Notes: generated from the sequence alone by a model not told the origin. A DNA stretch of 64,000 nucleotides from Eledone cirrhosa (GCA_964016885.1 OZ024760.1:15314001-15378000); one strand, 5' to 3'; counted from the stretch's first letter, positions 25,094 to 35,754 are shown. Numbers and translations: made by a program.

Positions 25094-27204
25094 TATATAT
25101 AATATATATGCTCATTTTCCCCTAATGCTGTCTGTCTCCATATATAGGAAAGAAAAAAGCAAGAAGCACAAAGGATTATTGAAGAACTGGAGATGGAAAA
25201 ACGCGAGCAGGCTGCTGCATCTAACCGCATGTTGATGGTAAGTCATGTTTCTCTCCCTTCATTCATGTTAAGCCTTGCTCCCCCCTCTCTCCTGTCTCTG
25301 TCTTATTACACCTGCTTCATCATCATCACCATCACTGTTTAGCATCCATTTTTCCATGCTTACCATGGGTTAGACGGATCGTCCACGTTAGGAGACAAGT
25401 GTGGCCAGAATTGGACATGTCGTACTTTGCTCTGACAAGGACTGTAAATTTGGCCGGCAATTTTACTGGATGCCCTGCCTAACACCAACCACTTTTACAG
25501 TACAGTGGTAATTCATATAAGTGACTCTTTCCCACCAATACTCCCAACCATTGTTGCTGGCTTGTGTGTGAAAGACAGATAGATATCATCATAGTAACTA
25601 ACTACACAGTGAGTGACACTTTCCTACCAGTACTGCCAGCTTGTCGCCTTGTTGCTGGTTTGCGTGTCGTTACTTGGGACATTGTTCATCAACTGAGACA
25701 GTTTATGTTTGTAAAAATTGTGGTTGAAATTTGGATTTATTCGTGATGAGAGGCGTTTGTGAACTGAGGTTCCACTGTATCATCATCATCATCACTGTTT
25801 AACGTTCATTTTTCTATGCTTGCATGGGTCAGACAGGTCCTCCACATCACAAGACAAGTCTGGCCAGGATTGGCCATGCCAAACCTTACTCTGACAGACA
25901 GTAAATTTGGCAGGCTTTTCTTTACAGCCCTTCCTAGCGCCAACTACATTTACAGTCATCATCATTGTTTAACGTCCATCTTCCACGCTAGCATGGGTTA
26001 GACGGGAGTTGTCCCACTTGAGGCAAGATTGGTCGGGTGACCGTGTCTCGTTCATATAGGACTATCTGGCAGGTTTTCTACAGCTGGATGCCCTTCCTAA
26101 CACCAACCACATTTACAGTGTGGACTGGGAGCTTTTTACCGTGTCTCCTACACGGCCACATTACAGTGTGGACTGTGTGTTTTTTTGTTGTGACACACCT
26201 ACACGATCTCATTAGTTTTGACTGGATGTTGTGGTACCAACATAACTTTATAGAGAAAGGGTGGAGTGGGGTAGTGGGTTGGGGTGTATGTTTGGTTTGG
26301 AGGGGCCTACTGACTGTAGGTTAACTTTGCACATAGGGAAGGCAGGTCTTCTGTAATACTGCGTGCTGCCAAAGATCTCGATCCAGTGACATCTGTTTAC
26401 ATATTCTTTTCTTTGACAGGAGCTTGAAAAGGCCAAGAGTGAAGCTAGACTTCTAATTCCACCAGAACCAGCAATTAATTCTGAAGATACTGTGAGGATA
26501 TTTCTAACAGTGCCAAGTGGGGCTCACCTGGAAAGACGGTTTAACAAACATACATCTTTAAAAGTAAGTTCAAATTCCTCATTCATCCTTCAACAATAAT
26601 ATTCCCCCTTTTTGATATGAAACCACCTGAAATTGGCCCTAGTTCTATGATATGGGGGTTGTTTGTTTTGTGTTGGTTGTCATGGTCAGAGACTGGCTAC
26701 GTTAGATATTAACCCTTTACCATTTACATTACTCTATATATACTATTGTATTTTCACAGTAAAGGCTTTACCTCACATAATATCTCACATAACATTTACA
26801 TTACTCTATATTTACTATTGTATTTTCACAGTAAACACTTTATTTCACATAATTATCCCACATAATATCGAACCTACGAGATTTTAATATTATTTATTTT
26901 GAGAACAATACCTTAACATCAGTATGAGTGGCCAGTTTGAACAGAAAGTGGTAAGAGAATTCTGGCCGGATATGGCCAGTTTAAATGCTAAAGGGTTAAT
27001 CTAATTTTTTCTATTTTGTTTCAGTATTTATATTACTTTATCCTGTGTCATGACAGCTGTCCAGATGATTTCAAAGTATTGATGAACTTCCCCAAGGGTG
27101 AAGTTTGCTGCATTCCGACAAAAGACGGACCAGACCCTCCCACGTTTGCTGAGGTTGGCCTTGACAAATCTGTGCGTCTCTTCGTCCACGACAACCAAGC
27201 TTAA
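8877..27204 (+). CDS. FAF2: FAS-associated factor 2 (UBXD8/Ubx2 family p97 adaptor), spliced gene span, 14 coding exons, 1353 nt, 450 aa
   Basis: Exons 8877-8936, 15174-15242, 16524-16645, 18189-18304, 18656-18685, 19440-19540, 19958-20043, 21206-21297, 21687-21788, 23769-23847, 24619-24700, 25148-25237, 26420-26563, 27025-27204 join in frame with GT-AG. Motifs match FAF2 as I recall it: LIHFQDLT, WNIE, MLPFR, PDPR, VTDPVGDV, HPVFYQGSYSQAINDAKRELRFLLVYLH, LFWAC..PEGYR, QQDQAYYASLKADQEKE, ERRF, NFPK, PDPPTF. Confidence 0.97.
9165..9757. repeat. compound minisatellite, conserved block tacatacgtacatctatatgaatatatttacaccctta separated by variable (TA)n/(CA)n
   Basis: About 10 copies visible. Confidence 0.85.
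11663..11868 (+). mobile_element. fold-back (TA)n-embedded element family B with a hammerhead 3' half (also 10008-10138, 12058-12220 minus, 29165-29360, 29678-29842, fragment 60180-60282)
   Basis: Inverted arms; GAAAC-GGC-(palindromic gagctc loop)-GCC-GTC; shared tail tattacccactctact..gagtactctggt. Confidence 0.75.
12490..12692 (-). mobile_element. fold-back element with a hammerhead core (minus strand 12583-12620)
   Basis: Minus strand: CTGATGA-acctgt-ggtaa-acaggc-GAAAC-tccagc-GTA; inverted degenerate copy immediately adjacent; (TA)n flanks. Confidence 0.7.
13080..13570 (-). mobile_element. three tandem copies of a tRNA-derived SINE with gcctttcatcct..ggggtcgataaaataaagtaccag central domain (Meta-SINE-like)
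   Basis: Other copies at about 13785-14000+, 14633-14792+, 15582-15772+, 31048-31472-, 33310-33475+, 38520-38692-, 41647-41832+, 48999-49160+, 51147-51503+, 54458-54645-, 56960-57256-, 57533-57635+, 60595-60945-. Confidence 0.85.
15174..15242 (+). CDS. FAF2: FAF2 exon 2 (DLTMIEDLHRCKVILERYQWNIE), UBA-like domain
   Basis: ctctgcag| acceptor, GAG|GTAAGT donor. Confidence 0.95.
16524..16645 (+). CDS. FAF2: FAF2 exon 3 (SAVTDTLNERD...TPRDQ)
   Basis: atttgcag| acceptor; weak donor CA|GTCAGT inferred from the phase needed to join exon 4. Confidence 0.8.
16701..17155. mobile_element. pogo/Tigger-like MITE containing a 10-bp palindromic tandem array
   Basis: Imperfect TIR cagttgtcccctggtatttgc / gcgaatgccagaggtacactg; TA on the right flank. 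Confidence 0.65.
16871..16995. repeat. 12 x GGTAYCATAT decamer
   Basis: Directly visible; near self-complementary. Confidence 0.95.
17269..17753. repeat. diverged ~97-bp tandem repeat, about 5 copies
   Basis: ggaaa..cagctcaac anchors at about 17353, 17450, 17546, 17643, 17739. Confidence 0.85.
18189..18304 (+). CDS. FAF2: FAF2 exon 4 (VYVTTSTGPQGVVQWISYAFMLPFRYLFTTVFNIIKFA), membrane hairpin
   Basis: tcctgcag| and T|GTAAGT; hydrophobic hairpin motif MLPFR. Confidence 0.93.
18656..18685 (+). CDS. FAF2: FAF2 exon 5, 30-nt micro-exon (YRLFWPDPRQ)
   Basis: ctttcag| and A|GTAAGT; conserved PDPR motif. Confidence 0.92.
18895..19383. mobile_element. hAT (Charlie-like) MITE with a nested piggyBac-type MITE (18967-19174)
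   Basis: TIR cagtgatctccaacc / ggttggggacctctg; perfect 8-bp TSD CTCTTGAG; inner element TTAA|CCCTTTAGCATTTA...TAAATGCTAAAGGG|TTAA. Confidence 0.9.
19440..19540 (+). CDS. FAF2: FAF2 exon 6 (NVTDPVGDV...FYQGSYSQ)
   Basis: ctcttcag| and CAG|GTAAGT; start of the UAS domain. Confidence 0.96.
19958..20043 (+). CDS. FAF2: FAF2 exon 7 (AINDAKRELRFLLVYLHDDSVRNSLVFC)
   Basis: atttcag| and CG|GTAAAT. Confidence 0.96.
21206..21297 (+). CDS. FAF2: FAF2 exon 8 (ETLCNPNVVNFINSKVLFWACNVNSPEGYR)
   Basis: ctacag| and G|GTAAGA. Confidence 0.96.
21498..21655. repeat. ~47-bp tandem repeat x3.5 in FAF2 intron 8
   Basis: gggtgtattttatcatg...ttacagagtg repeated. Confidence 0.85.
21687..21788 (+). CDS. FAF2: FAF2 exon 9 (VSRTIRVIKYPFLSLIVLRENNSMTVVARIEGLV)
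   Basis: atttcag| and G|GTAAGT. Confidence 0.95.
22288..22598 (+). mobile_element. full-length CORE-like tRNA SINE with RTE tail (also 32395-32732, 47374-47690)
   Basis: Box A TGGCTTAGTGG, box B GAGTTCAATTC, (GAT)n tail. Confidence 0.9.
22755..23247 (-). mobile_element. RTE-clade LINE 3' fragment (post-RT C-terminal domain)
   Basis: Open frame YDACVRSAMLHGSETW...[12 protein letters not shown]...[12 protein letters not shown], then (GAT)n tail; second copy at 36791-37068. Confidence 0.92.
23769..23847 (+). CDS. FAF2: FAF2 exon 10 (DSEELIRRLQRAIVVNEQAVISIRRER)
   Basis: gtttcag| and CG|GTAAGT; phases consistent with neighbours. Confidence 0.92.
23917..24330 (-). mobile_element. RTE/RTE-X-like LINE 3' fragment with (GAA)n tail (related copy 31475-31676 +)
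   Basis: Minus strand reads QLRYYGHVVRMSQKRIAGQILQAKPTGRKPRGRPQVRWLD. Confidence 0.8.
24619..24700 (+). CDS. FAF2: FAF2 exon 11 (ERRNADKELREQQDQAYYASLKADQEK)
   Basis: cttccag| and AAG|GTAAGA. Confidence 0.95.
24844..25050 (+). mobile_element. fold-back element family A with a complete type-I hammerhead motif (core 24918-24956); also 29405-29620 and single arm 60477-60546
   Basis: CTGATGA-tttccttcgaat-GAAA-cag-loop-ctGTA|gaag; 5' arm is the reverse complement; (TA)n flanks. Confidence 0.75.
25148..25237 (+). CDS. FAF2: FAF2 exon 12, coiled coil (ERKKQEAQRIIEELEMEKREQAAASNRMLM)
   Basis: tatatag| and ATG|GTAAGT. Confidence 0.92.
25958..26240 (-). mobile_element. SINE 3' portion with tail cccatgctagcgtggaagatggacgttaaac(GAT)n (also about 5922-6070, 20460-20652, 25320-25500, 25780-25955, 34368-34520, 43205-43492, 49845-49958, 55402-55533)
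   Basis: Recurrent dispersed sequence sharing ggttggtgttaggaagggcatccagc with the CORE SINE. Confidence 0.8.
26420..26563 (+). CDS. FAF2: FAF2 exon 13, UBX N-half (ELEKAK...PPEP...LERRFNKHTSLK)
   Basis: tttgacag| and AAA|GTAAGT. Confidence 0.95.
26713..26995. mobile_element. piggyBac-type MITE family (also about 23500-23700, 31817-32136, 37309-37528, 47958-48180, 51525-51744)
   Basis: TTAA-flanked CCCTTTA...TAAAGGG TIRs with conserved internal sequence. Confidence 0.85.
27025..27204 (+). CDS. FAF2: FAF2 exon 14, UBX C-half to stop (YLYYFILC...NFPK...LFVHDNQA*)
   Basis: gtttcag| acceptor; TAA at 27202-27204. Confidence 0.96.
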   Translation, partial: YLYYFILCHDSCPDDFKVLMNFPKGEVCCIPTKDGPDPPTFAEVGLDKSVRLFVHDNQA

Positions 27205-27519
27205 ACAAGCAACAGCAACAAGACAAATATGAAAAGAAAACACTCTCACACACACACACCACACACACATACAAAAATAATTTTAAAAAAAGCTAAAAAA
27301 AAATTTTAAGTTATTTAATCACAAAAAAAAAAAAATTTTTTTCAAAAGGTGGGTGTGTGTGTGGGAGGGGGGATGAAGAAAAATAATCAAAAAAAAACCA
27401 AAACCACAAACACTCCTCACTTTATCAACCTGGAAAAAATTGACGTTCCCACCCTCCTCCATCTCTACACACATTGTACAAAAAAATTGTTTAATGGGTA
27501 TGGGCTGGTGGATGGGAAA

Positions 27520-28330
27520 AGTTGTGTGTGGTGGTTGTTGTTTAACCCTAGGTCAGTGGATTAAGGTTGGATGGTGAGATGGTGAGGGAGAAGATGGCAA
27601 CGGTTGTTGTTTAGCCCTAGGTCAACACAGCACTGACTCTAATTGATGCAAATTGAACAAATCTTCAATGGATTAGGGTCAGTGGATGGGGAAGGTGTGG
27701 TGGTTGTTTGACCCCAGGTCTGCTCAGTTCCTGATCGACTTGAATTGAACAAATCTTCAATGGATTAGGGTCTGTGGATGGGGAAGTTGTAGTGGTTCTG
27801 TTTGGTTGTATATCTCCAGCTCATCTCACCCTCTGGTTGAGCTGTGTTTAGCTGAGCTAAGTTGACCTAGGATCAAAGATGTTTCAAGGGTTTCTACTGT
27901 TGTTGCTTAGCCTCAGGTCAGCTCAATCCTTGGTTGAGCTAAGTTAAGAATGAGCTATGCTGACCAAAGATCAAAGATGAGCAAAGTATGGGATGTTAAT
28001 GGTGATTGTGGTTATTTTTGTTCAACCCCAGCTTAGCTCAGTCCCTGGTTGAAGTGAGCTAAGCTGATCAAAGATGTTTCTAGAAGGGTTCATGAATGGA
28101 GAAAGTGGCATATTGATGGTGGTTTTTGTTTCGACCCAGGTTAGCTCAGGTCTGATTAAGATGAGCTCAGCTGATCTAAGATCAAAGACGTTTCTAGAAT
28201 TGTTGGATGGGGAAAGGGATGTGTTAGTGGTGGCAGTGGTTATTTAGCCCCAGGTCAGATCAGGCTTTATTAGGGTAAGCTGAGTTGATCCTAAGGTCAA
28301 AGATATTTCCAGCTCTGACTATAACCATCT
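27520..28330. repeat. diverged ~90-120-bp tandem array downstream of the FAF2 stop (putative 3'UTR)
   Basis: Recurrent ttgtttarccccaggtcagctcag...gatcaaagatgtttc blocks. Confidence 0.65.
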
Positions 28331-28893
28331 CATATTTATTTATTTATCTTTATTTTTCTCAGGATTCCATAATTCAATGTGCCCTTCCTTTTGTTTTATT
28401 TCATTTTGGGGTAGTTAAGGATGGTTGGGTGGGGATGGAGATGTTTTAGGTATGTTTGTGTGGGTTTGGGGGGAATGTGGCAGTTGACTTCTATTTCTAG
28501 CAGATCCATTGACCATGTAGAGGCTCCCCACTTGTCTTGTAGAAATGGTGGTGGTGGTGGTGTCATGACTAGCAGATGATAGCACATGAAGCTAGAGCAA
28601 TCACCGATACTACTACTACTACTACTACAACACCCACCACTACAGTATTACCACTCACATCACTATTATTCCAGCTCCTACACTACTACCACCACCACCA
28701 CCACCACTACCACCTCCACCATGACTACTACTATTAGTTCTACTGCAACTACTACTACTACTACTACTGTTGCTGCTGCTAGTATCATCACATTCTCTAC
28801 TACCTACGGGGGGGGGGGGGGGGGGGGTACACACAAAACGTAAGCATTTAGGTCAGCTTTCTGGTGTAAGGATAGCTTCTTTATATACATGTG

Positions 28894-28931
<38 letters not shown>

Positions 28932-29011
28932 TGTATATATATTATACCAGATTTTCTTGATGTATTTCATTATGGGTTAAAGTAATCAATGGTCTTAGTT
29001 CCATATATATA

Positions 29012-29054
<43 letters not shown>

Positions 29055-29097
29055 ATATATATATATAGATATATATATATCTATATATATATATATA

Positions 29098-29137
<40 letters not shown>

Positions 29138-29362
29138 TATATGTATATGTGTGTGTGTGAATATGAAAAGATTGAGGACCTCGGCGGCTGAGCTGCAGCC
29201 ATTTTGATAGCTAGGTCCAAACTCAGATTTCAGATCTAGCTGTTGAAATGGCCGGAGCTCAGCCGTCGGGGTCCTGAATCTTTTCCTATTACCCACTCTA
29301 CTACCCTAAGTATTGAGTACTCTGGTGGGTTATGGTCTAGCAGGTTTTTAGCACACCCTATC

Positions 29363-29406
<44 letters not shown>

Positions 29407-29615
29407 ACAAATTTAACATAGAAATGGTTCCTACAGGACTAGAACTATTTCATTCGAATGAAATGATCAGGAAAGCCCAGACTTTCCTGATGATTTCCTT
29501 TCAATGAAACAGTTCTAGTCCTGTAGAAGCCATTTCTATATTAAATTTGGTGTATACACTCTACTAATGTATTGAGTACCTTACTTACTGTGGTTACTCC
29601 CGGTTGAACCCGGGA

Positions 29616-29651
<36 letters not shown>

Positions 29652-29839
29652 CATACATACACACGCACATATATATATAGGAAAAAGTATGACCCCCGAC
29701 TGAGTCCAGAAATAGCTGTCGAAACGGCTTGAGCTCTGCCATCGGGGTCATACTTTTTCCTATTTCCCACTCTACTACCCTAAGTATTGAGTACTCTGGT
29801 GCGTTATGGTTCATCTGTTTCCTTACCACACCTCCTTCG

Positions 29840-29874
<35 letters not shown>

Positions 29875-30194
29875 TATATATATCTCAACCCAGCCATTCC
29901 TCTCCTTCTAGTCTACAATTCTCCCCCCTCCTCTTACTAGCTTATACTCCGTTCCTCGTCCATGTACCCCTTAGCCTCTTCTTCCGTCACCTCAGCCCCC
30001 CCCCCCCCCCCCACACCTTTATATCTCTACCAGTCCCCACATCAACCACATCTTTCTCAAACACCCACCCATTCCACAGTTTCAAACACTAACACCGACA
30101 TCATCTCTCACCTTAAAATGATTATATATAATAAATTGACTGGACATATCAACAAACTGAGAGATATATATACACCCACACGTGTGTGTCTATG

Positions 30195-30227
<33 letters not shown>

Positions 30228-30675
30228 GTATGTATGTATGTATATGTGTATATATATATTTGTGTATATATATATTTGTATATATATATATGTGTATATA
30301 TATATGTATATATATATAGATGTATTTGTATATATATGCATATATATGTGTATATATATATATGTATGTATATATGTGTGTATATATATATAGTATGTAT
30401 GTATATATATATATGGTATGTATGTATATATATATATGGTATGTATGTATGTAAATATAGTATGTATGTATATATATATATATATATATATGTGTCGAAG
30501 ATTTTTCGGTCCTAATCGATGACTTTGTTTCATTATATATATATATACACACACACACACACCCATTATATGTATACACATATACAGGTGTATGTATGAA
30601 TATATATATATAATATATATATACACACACACACACACACAAAAAAAAACAAATGCACACAGACATGCATATGTG

Positions 30676-30713
<38 letters not shown>

Positions 30714-30897
30714 TGTCCCTCAGCATCAACAACAAAATCAGTTTATATATATATATATAAAACAACAACAAAATCAGTATATATATATATAAAACAACAA
30801 AACGAACACATAAATACTAATAATAAATGAATAAGTAAGACTTGGACAATATCTTAATACTGAAAAAAATTACAAAAAAATAATTTTAAAATGTATA

Positions 30898-30903
30898 AAT
30901 AAA
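30898..30903 (+). terminator. candidate FAF2 polyadenylation signal AATAAA
   Basis: AATAAA followed by a T/GT-rich tract (30920-30950); unverified. Confidence 0.25.
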
Positions 30904-33900
30904 TGTATGGAAGAGAAAGTTTTAGATTTTTATTGTTTCTTGTTTCATTGGATAAAGAGGAGTTGATTTAATTTTTCGTTTTGTTAAGATTTTTTTTCTG
31001 TATGTTTGATCCACAGGACAGCCAGCTCGTGGGGCCTCATTTGCTTATAATTGTCTCTACATTTGGCACAAGGCCAGCAATTATCCCAGTGTATTACTGG
31101 TACTTTATTTTATCGACCCCCGTAAGGATGAAAGACAAAGTTAACCTCGACGGGATTTGAACTCAGACCATAAAGGGACGTAACTCTTCGCTGCAAAGCA
31201 TGGCGTCAGACCCTCTACCGATACTGCCAATCCACCACCACCCCCTTTGCTTATAGTAGTGGTTTCTTATATAGGCACAAGGCCAGCAATTTGGGGAGAG
31301 GGGAAAGTCGATTAAATCGCCCAGAGTGTGTGACTGGTACTTCATTTCATCGACCCCCGTAAGGATGAAAGGCAAAGTTAACCTCAGCGGGATTTGAACT
31401 CAGATCGTAAAGGGCCGTAGCTCTATGCTGCAAAGCATGGCGTCCGACTCTCTACCGATACTGCCAATCCAGTGAGAGTTGGAGAGAGCAGGACATTTTA
31501 CGCGTGAGACCAACAGGCAGGAGACCCAGGGGTAGACTCCTGAGCTTGGCTGGTCACGCTTGGGAATCCAGCCGGATCAGTTGGAGACGGCTGCTTCTGA
31601 CAGGAGGACCCGCTGGAAGGAGTGTTTGAGGACTCTGGTCCCACGACCATCTCAGGTATAAATGGAGGAAGAAGACTTTTAAATGTTTGGTTTTGTCCCT
31701 TATATCATAGATGAAATGTTATAGTGATTTTTTAAAGACGTTTGAATGAAAGATTTGTCGCTTGTGTCTTGGCTAAATGGAGTCTTATTTTGTTTTGTTT
31801 TTGTTACCACCATTAACCCTTACATTACTCTATATTTGTTATATCATTTTTGTGGTAAAGCTTATTATCTTACATAATTATCTCACATAATATCGAATCT
31901 GAGATTTTGATATTTATTATGGTGAGTTCAAATCTGGCCGATGTTAACTTTGCCTTTCATCCTTATGGGGTCGATAAAATAAAGTACCAGTAATGCACTG
32001 GGATCATTGCTGGCCTTGTGCCTATAGTAGAAATCATTATTTTGAGAATACCTCAACGTCAGTATGAGTGGCCAGTTACAGCCAATTTGACAGAAAAAGG
32101 TGAGAGAATTCTGGTCGGATATGGCCAGCTAAAGGGTTAAATATTGGATTTTTTTTTTTACCTGCACATGGCAATTAAATGCAAACTTGTTTATGCATAA
32201 TTTGCGTTTGTTTAACATGCTGGCTTGTGTGTGTATGTGCGTATCATTTTAGGTGCATTTCCCATGCTTGCACACACAGACACAGACACTGGCCTGGCTG
32301 GGAACAATCCCATAACAAGGCTTACAACCATGCAGAAGGGAGATTTGTTGCCCAGTGCTCCCTTGGGAGCAAAAGGAATTTAACAAGAACATATGGAAGC
32401 ACATGGCTTAGTGGTTAGAGCATTGGCCTTGCAATCGAAAGGTTGTGAGTTCAATTCTCAGACCGGGTGGTGTGTTGTTTCCTTGAGCAAGACACTTTAT
32501 TTCACATTGCTCCAATTTACTCAGCTGTAGAAATGAGATGATAGGGACTGGGGTCCCTATCATTCCACTGTAAAGTGGTCGTGGAGGTGTCACGGCAAAA
32601 AAGCACCCAGCACTCACTGTAAATGAGGTTGGTGTTAGGAAGGGCATCCAGCTGTAGAGATCAAGCCAGAATCAGTTCCCGTCCCACCCTTGCAAGCAGG
32701 GAAAAGCGGACGTAAAATGATGATGGTGATGATATATATAGAGAAATATACACACACCCGTGTTTGTGTCTGTGTAATTGTTCTTACATGAATAAAATGG
32801 CTGATTAGTGAGACTAATTTATTATTTTTGCAGCTGAAATGAAAGTCTTTGGAACTGGCCAAGTAGGAACAATGAAATGTGGTACTGAAACATGGTAATT
32901 AGTTAATGAATTAATTAAAATCTTATTAATACTAGTAATTAACTACAGTGAGGTCACTGTTGATGTAATTAAATGAAGTGAGCCAAGACATTTTGAATAA
33001 GAAAATAGTTTTGTTTGCTGACCACAGCAATGTGAATTGGACGATGACTTAGAATCAGGCCTACATCTGTTGTTAGCTGTAGGGACACTACATCCTTCAA
33101 AACTTCCATGTTTCCTGAAATTCGCCAACACTACACCTGATATTCCCCCTCCATACACACACACGCCGCATGTGTCTGTCAGTGTATATCATGACTCATA
33201 CATTGTTCACTTACCTGACATTTGTACACTATTCTATGTACTATACATGCACCTTTGATGAGTTGTAGTGCACCTGAGCCCTGTACACAATTTTTATTCT
33301 TATTTCATTTCGGTGGATTGACAGTATCGGTAGAGCGTCGGACACCATGATTTGCATCATAGTTATGGCCCTTTACGTTCTGAGTTCAAATCCTACCAAG
33401 GTTAACATTGCCTTTCATCCCGACGGGGTTGATAAAATAATCGCTGGCCTTGTGCCAAACAGTAGAAACAATTATTTCAAACAGAGTTAATTCCCTTACA
33501 TTTGGCTTCATATTCAGACAAATTCTCGTGTACTGAGACACACATGATCTGTTAATCGTTGCTGAATGATGTCCTCGTCGAAACCGACGGAGGAACCACC
33601 TTTGTACCAACAACCTGACGGTGTTATGTAAACATATAACGTATGTACAAGACATTGACATTTCCTAGGACAGACGTAGATTGGTGATGGTGGCGATAGA
33701 CAGAGGGTGGAGATAGAGGGTGGTGGTGGTATTGATGGTGGTGGTGGTGGAGATAGACAGAGGGTGGTGGTGGTGGAGATAGACAGAGGGTGGTGGTATT
33801 GATGGTGGTGGAGATAGACAGAGGGTGGTGGTGGTGGAGATAGAGGTTGGTGGTGGTGGTATTGGTGGTGGAGATGGAGATAGAGGTTGGTGGTGGTGGT

Positions 33901-34264
33901 GGTGGAGATGGAGATAGAGGGTGGTGGTGGTGGTGGTGGATATAGAGGTTGGTGGTGGTATTGATGGTGGTGGTGGTGGAGATAGAGGTTGGTGGTGGAG
34001 ATGGAGATAGAGGTTGGTGGTGGTGGTGGAGATAGAGGTTGGTGGTGGTGGTGGTAGATTGATGGTGGCGGTGGTGGTGGTGGTGGTGGTATTGATGGAG
34101 ATTGTGGTACAGAGGACAATAAAAGAGACGAAAAAAATCTTCACTAGTGGGTCCATGGTCATTGTTATCTCTGTTGTTGTTGTTATAGTTGTTGTTATCA
34201 GGTGAACTTCACTCTACCGTTTTCTGGGACTCCATCTTATTAAACATTTGTTTGATATTGTATT

Positions 34265-34354
<90 letters not shown>

Positions 34355-34756
34355 TACATAACTATAAATGTGGTTGGTGTTAGGAAGGGCATCCAGTCGT
34401 AGAAAACCTGCCAGACAGTCCTATACGAGCAGGACAACCACTCTTGCGTCAAGTGGGAAACCTCCCGTCCAAACCCATGCAAGCGTGGAAGATGGACGTT
34501 AAACGACGATGATGATGATGGATAGATAGATAGATAGATATGTTTCTTTATTAGCCACAGGGGCACAAAAGAAGGGTACAAATAGATAGATAGATATATA
34601 AGCACTAAGTCCACCCTGTATGCTGATGCGGTGTCACAACAACCAAAGCACCCAGTCTACCCTGTTTAGGTGGTCATTTCAGTGCTATGATAAAAAGCAG
34701 CCAGTCCATGTGGTTAGGAAGGGCATAGAGCTGTAGAAACCAGACCAAAATACAGA

Positions 34757-35636
34757 TCTGGGTGACCATGTGAGGCTCTGGACTGACCATTAACCCTCTA
34801 CATCTAGTACGTCTGGGTGACCATGTGAGGCTCTGGACTGACCATTAACCCTCTACATCTAGTATGTCTGGGTGACCATGTGAGGCTCTGGACTGACCAT
34901 TAACCCTCTACATCTAGTACGTCTGGGTGACCATGTGAGGCTCTGGACTGACCATTAACCCTCTACATCTAGTACGTCTGGGTGACCATGTGAGGCTCTG
35001 GACTGACCATTAACCCTCTACATCTAGTACGTCTGGGTGAGCATGTGAGGCTCTGGACTGACCATTAACCCTCTACATCTAGTACGTCTGGGTGACCATG
35101 TGAGGCTCTGGACTGACCATTAACCCTCTACATCTAGTACGTCTGGGTGACCATGTGAGGCTCTGGACTGACCATTAACCCTCTACATCTAGTACGTCTG
35201 GGTGACCATGTGAGGCTCTGGACTGACCATTAACCCTCTACATCTAGTACGTCTGGGTGACCATGTGAGGCTCTGGACTGACCATTAACCCTCTACATCT
35301 AGTACGTCTGGGTGACCATGTGAGGCTCTGGACTGACCATTAACCCTCTACATCTAGTACGTCTGGGTGACCATGTGAGGCTCTGGACTGACCATTAACC
35401 CTCTACATCTAGTACGTCTGGGTGACCATGTGAGGCTCTGGACTGACCATTAACCCTCTACATCTAGTACGTCTGGGTGACCATGTGAGGCTCTGGACTG
35501 ACCATTAACCCTCTACATCTAGTACGTCTGGGTGACCATGTGAGGCTCTGGACTGACCATTAACCCTCTACATCTAGTACGTCTGGGTGACCATGTGAGG
35601 CTCTGGACTGACCATTAACCCTCTACATCTAGTACG
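34757..35636. repeat. 55-bp minisatellite, 16 near-identical copies
   Basis: Unit tctgggtgaccatgtgaggctctggactgaccattaaccctctacatctagtacg; only 2 substitutions seen. Confidence 0.98.
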
Positions 35637-35754
35637 TGTGAAGACTTCCTTTCTTGTTAGTCTGTGAACTTACTTTTTAGTCGACTCTCGGAAGTCACTC
35701 ATATAGCACTACCTCACCACCTCATCATCATCATCACCTTGTTTTTCTTTACAC

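Noticed and set aside
33570-33595. Resemblance to miR-981 (tcgtcgaaacc)
   Set aside because: The seed is absent and the hairpin is too short for a pre-miRNA.
34757-35636. CRISPR-like regular array
   Set aside because: Head-to-tail identical units with no unique spacers, no cas genes, and a eukaryotic context.
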